DNA from: an uncultured virus (IMG/VR IMGVR_UViG_2648501751_000004)
Taxonomy: Duplodnaviria; Heunggongvirae; Uroviricota; Caudoviricetes
Length of the DNA: 64,000 nt
Virus record (IMG/VR): IMGVR_UViG_2648501751_000004
Direction: 5' to 3' (one strand)
The notes beneath the pieces are model-generated. The model was not told where the DNA came from. It saw only the letters and a program-made list of their open reading frames with translations, and searched no databases. A program made the position numbers and the translations under genes. Shown here in pieces: positions 8,415 to 15,392 of the stretch. The first letter of the stretch is position 1, and each line of letters begins with the position of its first letter.

Positions 8415-8804
8415 ATGCTGTTCCCGGTTTATGTACATACAGGCGACGACAACCACGCCCATGGCGCGGAAGTGCCGGACTTCCCCGGCTGCTTCTCTGC
8501 GGCGGACGGCTGGGACGAGCTGGCGGGCAACATCCAGGAGGCGGTAGAGCTGTACTGCGAGGATGAGGACATGGTGGTGCCCTCAGCGACCCCGCTGGAA
8601 AAGCTGATAAGCAATCCGGACTACCAGGGCGGAATCTGGATGATGGTAGATATCGACACCGGCAAGCTGAAAACTAAATCAGTTCGGCTGAACGTCAGCC
8701 TGCCGGAGGGGTTGTTGCGCCGGATTGATGACGAAGCAAAGAGCCGGCACATGAGCCGGTCGGCCTTTCTGGCGATGTCTGCACAGCGGGAGCTGGGCGC
8801 CTGA
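8415..8804 (+). CDS. hicB: HicB family antitoxin (no adjacent hicA)
   Basis: VPDFPGCFSAADGWDE...IQEAVELY; C-terminal RHH RLNVSLPEGLLRRID...SRSAFL. Confidence 0.9.
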   Translation: MLFPVYVHTGDDNHAHGAEVPDFPGCFSAADGWDELAGNIQEAVELYCEDEDMVVPSATPLEKLISNPDYQGGIWMMVDIDTGKLKTKSVRLNVSLPEGLLRRIDDEAKSRHMSRSAFLAMSAQRELGA

Positions 8805-9677
8805 CTAGGCGGCTTCACCATTGAGGATGTGTCGCACGGCGCCTTCCGGGCTCTGCACTCCGTGCACCCTCAGCTCCTGCTGATCTGCCTCTTCCACGAG
8901 CTCGTGGAACACTTCGTAAACCCGGTTGATGTCGCTCTCGCTGAAGCTGGGGTCGTTCTTGCCCGGTCGATACAGGATCAGCTCGAAGTTTTCGATCTGA
9001 AACAGTCCGGTATGGCCCTTATCCCTCAGGGAGATCAACTCCCACATCTTTGACTTGGCGGTTCGGTTATAGGTGGACAGTCCATTGCCTGGCACGATTC
9101 TGGAAAGCTGCGCCACGTAGTTTCCACCCACATAGTCAAACGTTGTGGGAGATCCGCCGGTGTAGAGCTGCAGTTTGCGGCTGAAATTGCGCACCAGTTC
9201 CGGGTGCTCCTGAGCCATCGCCTCTTTCACCTGGGTGAGCCATCGATCCGATACGGTCACCTCCACATCGTCATCGGCAGTGAAATCGGCCATACGACTG
9301 AGAAAGGCGCTGTTCCTCGCAGTTGTTCGAAGCATCATGGTCAGGTCTTCAACCCGCCCGGATCTGGCTTCGCCGGGATAAACTCCGGTCATAGGTGGTT
9401 GCCAGGTGCCCAGCACCGCTCCGGTTTTCAGGTGGTGCTCCAGACTGTTGACGACCAAGTTAATCATTTCCAGAAAGCCCGGTCCCGCGTGGCCCAGCAT
9501 GCACTTGGCTGTCGATTCCCGAATAACGGGCACCACTTTATAAGCCCGGTCAGCCCCTTGCGCTGCTACCGCGACGCACAGCCGTTCCCCTGAACCGGCT
9601 ATGGGCTCCATGAATACGGCCATACCCTCGGCCTGGTATTGTGGAAGCTCTGGGAATGGAGAGCTTTTGGCAGTCAT
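8805..9677 (-). CDS. Hypothetical partner of HipA-like kinase (DUF3037-like N-terminus suspected)
   Basis: ATGA-coupled to the kinase; EPIAGSGERLCVAV motif. Confidence 0.7.
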   Translation of the reverse strand: MTAKSSPFPELPQYQAEGMAVFMEPIAGSGERLCVAVAAQGADRAYKVVPVIRESTAKCMLGHAGPGFLEMINLVVNSLEHHLKTGAVLGTWQPPMTGVYPGEARSGRVEDLTMMLRTTARNSAFLSRMADFTADDDVEVTVSDRWLTQVKEAMAQEHPELVRNFSRKLQLYTGGSPTTFDYVGGNYVAQLSRIVPGNGLSTYNRTAKSKMWELISLRDKGHTGLFQIENFELILYRPGKNDPSFSESDINRVYEVFHELVEEADQQELRVHGVQSPEGAVRHILNGEAA

Positions 9678-10423
9678 GGCAGAAGACCCAGTTGGTTACC
9701 GTGCCTGGCAAGCAGTGCCGGCATCTTGGAAAGTCGCGTTTCCAATGATGATAGCGTATCCCGGCACCGTTCATACATCCCAATATATTCACTTTGCGAA
9801 GCAATCTGGATCTCTTCCGGGTCAATTTGCCGGCACCTGGCCGCGAATGGACCACTATTTCTATGCATTCGTGCCGGGCCCAGGTCGCCCTCCCAGTCTC
9901 TTATGCAGCCAGCGAGAATATTTTCGCACGGAAGGTCCGCCTTCGGCTCTTTGAGCGTCGACCACAGGGATAGCGCATGGTCGATCAGCACCCAGTTATC
10001 CTCTCCACCCCACAGAAGATTGCCGCCATGCCTGTCCGGGTTGGCTATCCACTCGTCAAACAATGCCACCTCATGAAGCTTGTCCCAGCTCGACAGCATC
10101 TGGACGACAACGGGGTCGTGGCGATTAAGCCACTGCTTGATGGAGGGTGCGCCAGCGTCCTCGCTCCCTGAGAAATAACCTCCGCCAAGCAGATCGCCCG
10201 GGTCGCGAACGATATACGCCCTACTCACCGGCAACCCCAGCTCTGTCGCCAGCAGGGACGCCAGGCATTCGGCCAAGATCTCCTCTTTGGTGGTTTTCTT
10301 GACGTACAGGCGCCGGTCACCCTCATGTGTAAGGGCGTCGGCAACCCATACCTCTGAAACATTATCCAGCCCTTCAAGGCGGCGTGGCTCGGTATACAGG
10401 GTCGCAAACCCAATAGGCTGCAT
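9674..10423 (-). CDS. HipA-like Ser/Thr kinase
   Basis: LYVKK...E..AE.LA..LA..LGLP, FDEWIANPDRHGGNLL, LIDHA; RBS AGGAG at end of cI. Confidence 0.85.
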   Translation of the reverse strand: MQPIGFATLYTEPRRLEGLDNVSEVWVADALTHEGDRRLYVKKTTKEEILAECLASLLATELGLPVSRAYIVRDPGDLLGGGYFSGSEDAGAPSIKQWLNRHDPVVVQMLSSWDKLHEVALFDEWIANPDRHGGNLLWGGEDNWVLIDHALSLWSTLKEPKADLPCENILAGCIRDWEGDLGPARMHRNSGPFAARCRQIDPEEIQIASQSEYIGMYERCRDTLSSLETRLSKMPALLARHGNQLGLLP

Positions 10424-10427
10424 AGCC

Positions 10428-10910
10428 TTACTCCTTTGCTGCGATCCTATTGGCGATCTGTGTGAGTAGATTAATGTCGGCATCAGTCAGCCGCCCATCC
10501 GCGGCCGCTTCGGCGATCTGCATCAGCTGCTTGTACGACCTGAGGGTGGCCTTTGATAAAAGCGCGGAAAATTCCGGCGGCACATTTGCTGGCGGATTAT
10601 CAGAACCAGGTGCGTAGGGTTGGCCAGTAAATTCAAAGTCGGCAATTCCGTGTTTCGAAAGCTCTGCAGCCAACCTGGGCGAGATATCGGAGGGGCTTAC
10701 GTCTAATGCGCGAGATATTTTAAGCAGAGCTGGGAGCCCAATCGGGATCTTCCCGTTCAGATATTGATTGAACGCACCCTGAGTTTTCCAGCCACAGCGA
10801 TATGCAACCTCTTCTTGTGAGATTTTCCCTTTAAATTCGAGCTCCCATAGGCGCTTAAGCCTCTTGGAATCGGCAATTTGTTCTTCGGACAAGTTCCGCT
10901 TGGTCTCCAT
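10428..10910 (-). CDS. cI: CI-like repressor (HTH, no S24 peptidase domain)
   Basis: LSEEQIADSKRLKRLW...SQEEVAYRCGWKTQGAFNQYLNGKIP resembles lambda CI N-domain; divergent from cro. Confidence 0.88.
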   Translation of the reverse strand: METKRNLSEEQIADSKRLKRLWELEFKGKISQEEVAYRCGWKTQGAFNQYLNGKIPIGLPALLKISRALDVSPSDISPRLAAELSKHGIADFEFTGQPYAPGSDNPPANVPPEFSALLSKATLRSYKQLMQIAEAAADGRLTDADINLLTQIANRIAAKE

Positions 10911-10920
10911 TACGGCATTG

Positions 10921-10987
10921 AATAGCAAAACTATTACCTCGCACAAATAGCAATACTATTGATCTCTGGTAATAGCATCACTAATAT
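10921..10987. promoter_or_regulatory. OR: three operators at 25-bp period, with PR
   Basis: AATAGCAAAACTATT 10921, AATAGCAATACTATT 10946, AATAGCATCACTAAT 10971; PR TTGATC(10959)-17-TAATAT(10982). Confidence 0.85.
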
Positions 10988-10995
10988 CTCAGATC

Positions 10996-11352
10996 ATGAA
11001 GACACTACGCGCATACATGGCCCGCAACCGGGTCACTCAACGGCAGCTTGCTGAGCACCTGAAGGTTACTCAGGGGCTGATCTATCAATGGCTTTCGGGG
11101 CATCGGAAGGTCTCCGCCGAAAAAGTTCTTTCGGTTTGCGAAGCCACCGACTGGCAAATCACCCCCCACGAACTTCGTCCGGACATCTACCCAAACCAAA
11201 CAGACGGCATTCCAATCGAGCTGTCTGCTGACTTTTGGGACCGCCGGAGGGCTGAGCGCCGGGCCGCTGAACGCCGAGACGGAGAACGACGCGATCACGA
11301 GCGCCGGGGGCCAGACTCTCCTGTCGATCACGGCCCGGAGGATGCCGCCTGA
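10996..11352 (+). CDS. cro: Cro/YdaS-family regulator with Arg-rich C-terminal repeats
   Basis: TQRQLAEHLKVTQGLIYQWLSG...ITPHELRPDIY. Confidence 0.88.
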   Translation: MKTLRAYMARNRVTQRQLAEHLKVTQGLIYQWLSGHRKVSAEKVLSVCEATDWQITPHELRPDIYPNQTDGIPIELSADFWDRRRAERRAAERRDGERRDHERRGPDSPVDHGPEDAA

Positions 11353-11374
11353 TGGTTTCCATTGAACCACTTAC

Positions 11375-11785
11375 GGGCTGGCGGGATACCCGTCTGACTG
11401 CGGGTGTATATCTGTACAGGGTTTGAGTGAAGCGCGAGCTGCAGCGCTATCAGAAGCAGCCGGTAAAGCTGGCCAGGCAGAGGATCGCCGAGGTGCCGAC
11501 ATTGCAGCCGGGGACAGGGTCCCGGCGATAGAACGCCAGCAGACTGAGGCAAAGGTTCCCACGACCACCGCCCTCGCTGATCAGTCCGACTGACTCCCGC
11601 AAGGAGTCCGTATCCCCAACTTGTAAGGATTTCTTACACGTTCGGGATGCGTAAAGGGTTGGGAGTTTCCCGGCCGACGCATAAACCGCAATGACATTGC
11701 GAACTTGTGGCTCCCACCGGTAGGGGGTCTGGGCTGCCTCCCTTCAAAAGGCATACGGCGGTGGTACCGGATAACCCGCCAGCTA
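11375..11785 (+). ncRNA. Candidate large structured non-coding RNA
   Basis: No credible ORF; terminal helix 11377-11385/11775-11783, long-range helix 11564-11572/11757-11765, many local hairpins; ends at the tRNA 5' end. Confidence 0.55.
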
Positions 11786-11862
11786 TGCAGGCATGGAGAA
11801 ACGGTGTCTCGCTGGGCTCATAACCCGGATATCGGAGGGTTCGACTCCCTCGCCTGCTACCA
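11786..11862 (+). tRNA. Phage tRNA-Met (CAT), initiator-type, slightly non-canonical
   Basis: Acceptor (T)GCAGGC/GCCTGC(T)-ACCA, D stem GAGA/TCTC, anticodon arm CTGGG-CTCATAA-CCCGG, T arm GAGGG-TTCGACT-CCCTC. Confidence 0.85.
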
Positions 11863-11882
11863 CCAAACAAAGGTTTTCGAAA

Positions 11883-12083
11883 ATGACACTGGAAGAGCTG
11901 CTGAGAACGAAGAAAAAGGGCATCAACGGCGTGAGCAAGCGGGAAGTAGAGGTGCCGCTCACTTTCGTTGTCGATATCGGCCAGGAGCGAGAGGACGGAG
12001 TCCACTTCTACATCCACCCAGCCGATGAAAATGGCGAGACCCTGGACTTCCTTGTGAAGGGCAATGAGCTCACACCGATTTAA
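11883..12083 (+). CDS. Hypothetical phage protein
   Basis: ORF after tRNA, overlaps next gene. Confidence 0.55.
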   Translation: MTLEELLRTKKKGINGVSKREVEVPLTFVVDIGQEREDGVHFYIHPADENGETLDFLVKGNELTPI

Positions 12084-12279
12084 GTCTCTCGGCGAGTGGA
12101 ATGCATACGTCGCCGCCGGCGCCGATCGGGAAGAGAGAAAGGCCAGGCTGGCGGAGTGTCCGGAGTCACTACGAGAAAACGTGACATGTCACGTTAAGAC
12201 AGTTTTTGAATTACGCAGTCGGAGCAGGCAATGCCAGAAAAACTCGAAATCATCCTTCCCTGGCCGCACAAGGCCCTGA
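12064..12279 (+). CDS. Hypothetical phage protein
   Basis: Operon context. Confidence 0.6.
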   Translation: MSSHRFKSLGEWNAYVAAGADREERKARLAECPESLRENVTCHVKTVFELRSRSRQCQKNSKSSFPGRTRP

Positions 12280-12641
12280 GCCCGAACTCAAGAGGTCATT
12301 GGGCGAAGAAGGCCCGGGCCGCAGAAGTCTATCGGTACACCTGCAAGATGATCTCCCTGGAAACCATCCAGGCTGGAAAGTGGGATCTACAGCCCCTGCG
12401 TGATCTGGTTGGCGCCGGCGGAGAGATTCATGTGTTCCTGGACTTCTATCCGCCCAACCGCCGGGCCCGGGATGACGACAACATTATTGCAGCGTTCAAG
12501 TCTGGCCGTGATGGGCTGGCGGACGCACTGAAGATCGATGACTGCCACTTCCGGACACATCCATTCCTGAAACGCGACGAAATCGTTAGGCCGGGCGGAG
12601 AGATTCGGGTGGTGGTTACGGGGAAAGGGCCAGAGGCCTAA
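12231..12641 (+). CDS. rusA: RusA-like Holliday junction resolvase
   Basis: LPWP...LSPN.R.HW; FYPPNRRARDDDNI...K...DGLADALKIDD. Confidence 0.85.
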   Translation: MPEKLEIILPWPHKALSPNSRGHWAKKARAAEVYRYTCKMISLETIQAGKWDLQPLRDLVGAGGEIHVFLDFYPPNRRARDDDNIIAAFKSGRDGLADALKIDDCHFRTHPFLKRDEIVRPGGEIRVVVTGKGPEA

Positions 12642-12733
12642 AAAACAAAACCCCGGGTCATGGGCTGGCAGGCCTACCGGGGTATTGCGGACGAGATAGG
12701 AGGAATTATGAATCAACTTGCGACCACAATCAA
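12640..12733 (-). ncRNA. Predicted ~60-nt antisense RNA with promoter and terminator opposite the rha leader
   Basis: Minus strand TTGATT(12733-12728)-17-CATAAT(12710-12705); hairpin 12650-12683 followed by a U-tract on the minus strand. Confidence 0.5.
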
Positions 12734-13454
12734 CGATGGCCATCTCACCATGAGCAGCCGGGAAATTGCTCAGGTTGTGGAGTCCCGGCACGACAAAGTA
12801 AAGCAATCCATTGAAAGGCTATCACAGCGAGGCCTTGTGAGTTTTACCCCAGTGGGGGAAAAGTCCGACACAGGGCGTCCGGGGGTGGTCTACCACGTCA
12901 GCAAGCGTGACAGCTATGTGATTGTGGCTCAGCTGTCGCCCGAGTTCACCGCCCGGCTTGTCGATCGGTGGCAGGAACTGGAAGCGCAAGCCTTGAATCT
13001 GCCTGACTTCAGCAATCCCGCGATAGCGGCCCGGGCCTGGGCCGATGAGGTGGAGAAGAGCCAAACCCTTCAGATTGAGAATCAGAAGCAAGCCGCACAG
13101 ATCGAGTCGCTGCAGAACCTGTTCGTGGACGGCATGACGCCCACGGAGTTCGCCAAGCGCCTGAACGGTGTGAACTGCCAGAAGGCCAACCAGGCTCTGG
13201 CCAACCGCAAATGGCTGTACCAAGACTTTGGTGGAGGCTGGCGTGTCAGCTCCTACGCTCGCGATCGCTACCTCACAGAGCGCCAGAGCAACATCCAACG
13301 CAATAGCGGACAGGTTGTTGTTTGCTGCACTCCCGTACTGCTGCGCAAGGGCGCCATTCAAATGCACAAATTTTACCTGGCGGGAGAGCTGCCAATGAAA
13401 CAGACCTGGAACGGGCAGTTCACCCACGACAAAGCCATGCAGGGGGCTGCATGA
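12708..13454 (+). CDS. Rha-family regulator / antirepressor-like protein
   Basis: TMSSREIAQVVESRHDKVKQSIERL...AQLSPEFTARLVDRWQELE; RBS AGGAGG. Confidence 0.85.
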   Translation: MNQLATTINDGHLTMSSREIAQVVESRHDKVKQSIERLSQRGLVSFTPVGEKSDTGRPGVVYHVSKRDSYVIVAQLSPEFTARLVDRWQELEAQALNLPDFSNPAIAARAWADEVEKSQTLQIENQKQAAQIESLQNLFVDGMTPTEFAKRLNGVNCQKANQALANRKWLYQDFGGGWRVSSYARDRYLTERQSNIQRNSGQVVVCCTPVLLRKGAIQMHKFYLAGELPMKQTWNGQFTHDKAMQGAA

Positions 13455-14731
13455 GCATTATCGAACTGATGGCCCGGCCGATAGCCTTCCAGCGTGCGTT
13501 CGTGGATCTCGGCGTGGGCATTGCCGGCGCCCTGATGTTGTCTCAATGCATCTACTGGGCCAAACGTGTCACCGATGAAGATGGCTGGTTCTACAAGTCC
13601 CAGCAGGACTGGGAGGAAGAGACCGGCATGAACCGCCGGGAGCAGGAACGGGCGCGGAAAGCGCTGAAGTCCATTGGCGTGCTTGAGGAGAAGCGCCGAG
13701 GTGTCCCGGCTAAGATGTACTTCCGTGTCAACGAACAAGCGCTGGAGAAGGCCCTGCTCGGATCGCCGCAGGCCCTGGAGCTTGAGGACGCACTGGAAAC
13801 CTACAGGTCCACTCTGAACGGCCTCTCGAAGACCGGCCTGATGCGTGCGAAGAAGCTGGGCGCGAAGGCCGAGTACGTCGATTACAGCGCCGTACTGAAG
13901 CGCGACGGCATGGTGTGCGGATGCTGCCAGAAGCCGATTGTGTACGGCCCGGGCCAACACGGAAAGGCGCTTTGCTTCGACCACAAGAAGCCACTGGCGG
14001 AAGGTGGCGACCATACCGAAGACAACATTCAGCCTGCCCACGTGGCCTGCAACGTGAGAAAGGGCGGCACGTCGCAATCCAGTATGTCTACACAAGACAA
14101 ACTGAGTATGTCTAGGGTAGAGCAGCCCAGTATGTCTACGGTAGACAAACAAGAGTGTCTACCCAAGGCAAACAAGTCTGCTTTGATCGAGCAAACTATT
14201 ACAGAGATTACTACAGAGACTACTCCAGAGATTACGGCAGAGAGAACGTCCGGACCTGACCGGCCGGACGACTCCTCGCCCCCTTCCGGCGAAACCAACC
14301 CCGAACCCGACCCGGAACCTAACCGGCCAGACGCCGCGATTCAGAACGGCCGCTTCTGGGGCAACCAGGACGACCTGGACCTGGCCGTGTGGATGTGGGA
14401 TCGGCTGGCGGAGCAGCTGGGGCAGGACAAGCCTCGCCAGCCCAACTTCTCCCGCTGGGCTAACACCATCCGGCTGATGCGGGAACAGGACAACCGCGAT
14501 CCCCGGCATATCCGGGTGCTCTACAACTGGTGCCGCCAGCACGATTTCTGGGCTGCCAACATCCAGAGCCCCGACAAGCTTCGGGATAAGTGGTCCCAGC
14601 TCGTCCTGCAGCGGAAAACTGAGCGCCGAAAGCCGGCAGCGGAATCCCGGGACGATCGCAATGCCGCACTTCAGAGAATTCACGAGCAGAGAAACTCAGG
14701 CCAATCGGGGGTGACCTATGAACACCAATGA
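13451..14731 (+). CDS. Replication initiator (O-like) with an internal HNH domain
   Basis: N-terminal LSQCIYW...GWFYKSQQDWEEETG wHTH; C-terminal WANTIRLMREQD...FWAANIQSPDKLRDKW; internal CGCCQ...FDHKKPLAEGG...NIQPAHVACNVRKG. Confidence 0.88.
   Translation: MSIIELMARPIAFQRAFVDLGVGIAGALMLSQCIYWAKRVTDEDGWFYKSQQDWEEETGMNRREQERARKALKSIGVLEEKRRGVPAKMYFRVNEQALEKALLGSPQALELEDALETYRSTLNGLSKTGLMRAKKLGAKAEYVDYSAVLKRDGMVCGCCQKPIVYGPGQHGKALCFDHKKPLAEGGDHTEDNIQPAHVACNVRKGGTSQSSMSTQDKLSMSRVEQPSMSTVDKQECLPKANKSALIEQTITEITTETTPEITAERTSGPDRPDDSSPPSGETNPEPDPEPNRPDAAIQNGRFWGNQDDLDLAVWMWDRLAEQLGQDKPRQPNFSRWANTIRLMREQDNRDPRHIRVLYNWCRQHDFWAANIQSPDKLRDKWSQLVLQRKTERRKPAAESRDDRNAALQRIHEQRNSGQSGVTYEHQ
14081..14245. 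repeat. Replication origin iterons inside the initiator gene
   Basis: AGTATGTCTA at 14081, 14105, 14129 (24-bp period), degenerate copy at 14152; then 12-bp-period CAGAGA repeats. Confidence 0.75.
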
Positions 14732-15392
14732 CATGGAAGCATTCGACCAGATCTGGAGTGAGGCTCACGAGGTCTATGGCAGGAAACCGGAGCCGCGGGT
14801 TGTGTACATGGTGTTCCAGGCACTGATCTCTTTCCCGCTTCAGGATATCGAGCGGGCGCTTTGCCGGCACCTAACCAACCCGGATACCGGTCAGTACCCA
14901 CCGAAGCCGGCAGACATCGTCCGCCTGATCCAGGGCAGCAGCCAGACCACCAGTGGCGAGGCCTGGGCAAAAGTCGATCGGGCCATCCGCTGTGTCGGCA
15001 ACTACCGCACCGTGGTCTTCGATGATCCCAAGATTCACGCAGCGATCGACCGCCTGGGTGGCTGGCAGAAGATCTCCATGACCGACGAGAAGGAATACCC
15101 GTTTCTCCGGAACAACTTTCTGAAGCTTTACCAGGGCTTCACCGTCCAGCCCCCGGAGACCTTCCCACGGAAACTGATCGGCACCTGTGAGCACGAGAAC
15201 AGCCAGCACGATTCGTTCATGCGGGGCAGATCAAAGAATGAGCCGGTAATGATTGGCGATCCGGAGCGGGCCCGGCTGGTTTACCAGGGCGGCGGTGACC
15301 AGGGCGTTGCCAAGATCCGCCAGCAAGGGACTCAGGAGTATCTTGAATCAGCGATCGACAACCAGGTAAAGCGCCTTGGGGGTGTTGCGTGA
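14718..15392 (+). CDS. Replication-associated protein (DUF6475-like, P position)
   Basis: GQYPPKPADIV...EAWAKV..AI..VG.Y.TVVFDDP.IH..I..LGGW. Confidence 0.75.
   Translation: MNTNDMEAFDQIWSEAHEVYGRKPEPRVVYMVFQALISFPLQDIERALCRHLTNPDTGQYPPKPADIVRLIQGSSQTTSGEAWAKVDRAIRCVGNYRTVVFDDPKIHAAIDRLGGWQKISMTDEKEYPFLRNNFLKLYQGFTVQPPETFPRKLIGTCEHENSQHDSFMRGRSKNEPVMIGDPERARLVYQGGGDQGVAKIRQQGTQEYLESAIDNQVKRLGGVA

Noticed and set aside
11404..11419. LexA (SOS) box GTGTATATCTGTACAG
   Set aside because: Mismatch in the essential CTG and no evident promoter or gene directly under its control; a similar near-match at 7845-7860 is more likely a BrnA operator.
11375..11785. tmRNA or RNase P RNA (ends GGGCTG...CCCGCCAGCT resemble tmRNA termini; GAGGCAAAGGTTCC loosely resembles the RNase P GAGGAAAGTCC)
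   Set aside because: No T-loop or CCA, no tag reading frame, and no matching RNase P 3' P4 strand; kept as an unclassified structured RNA.
11793..11882. N-terminal extension of ORF 11793..12083
   Set aside because: Overlaps the tRNA; the ATG at 11883 is more plausible.
14081..14245. CRISPR-like array
   Set aside because: Repeats are 10 bp with 14-bp gaps inside a CDS, there are no cas genes, and they fit origin iterons.
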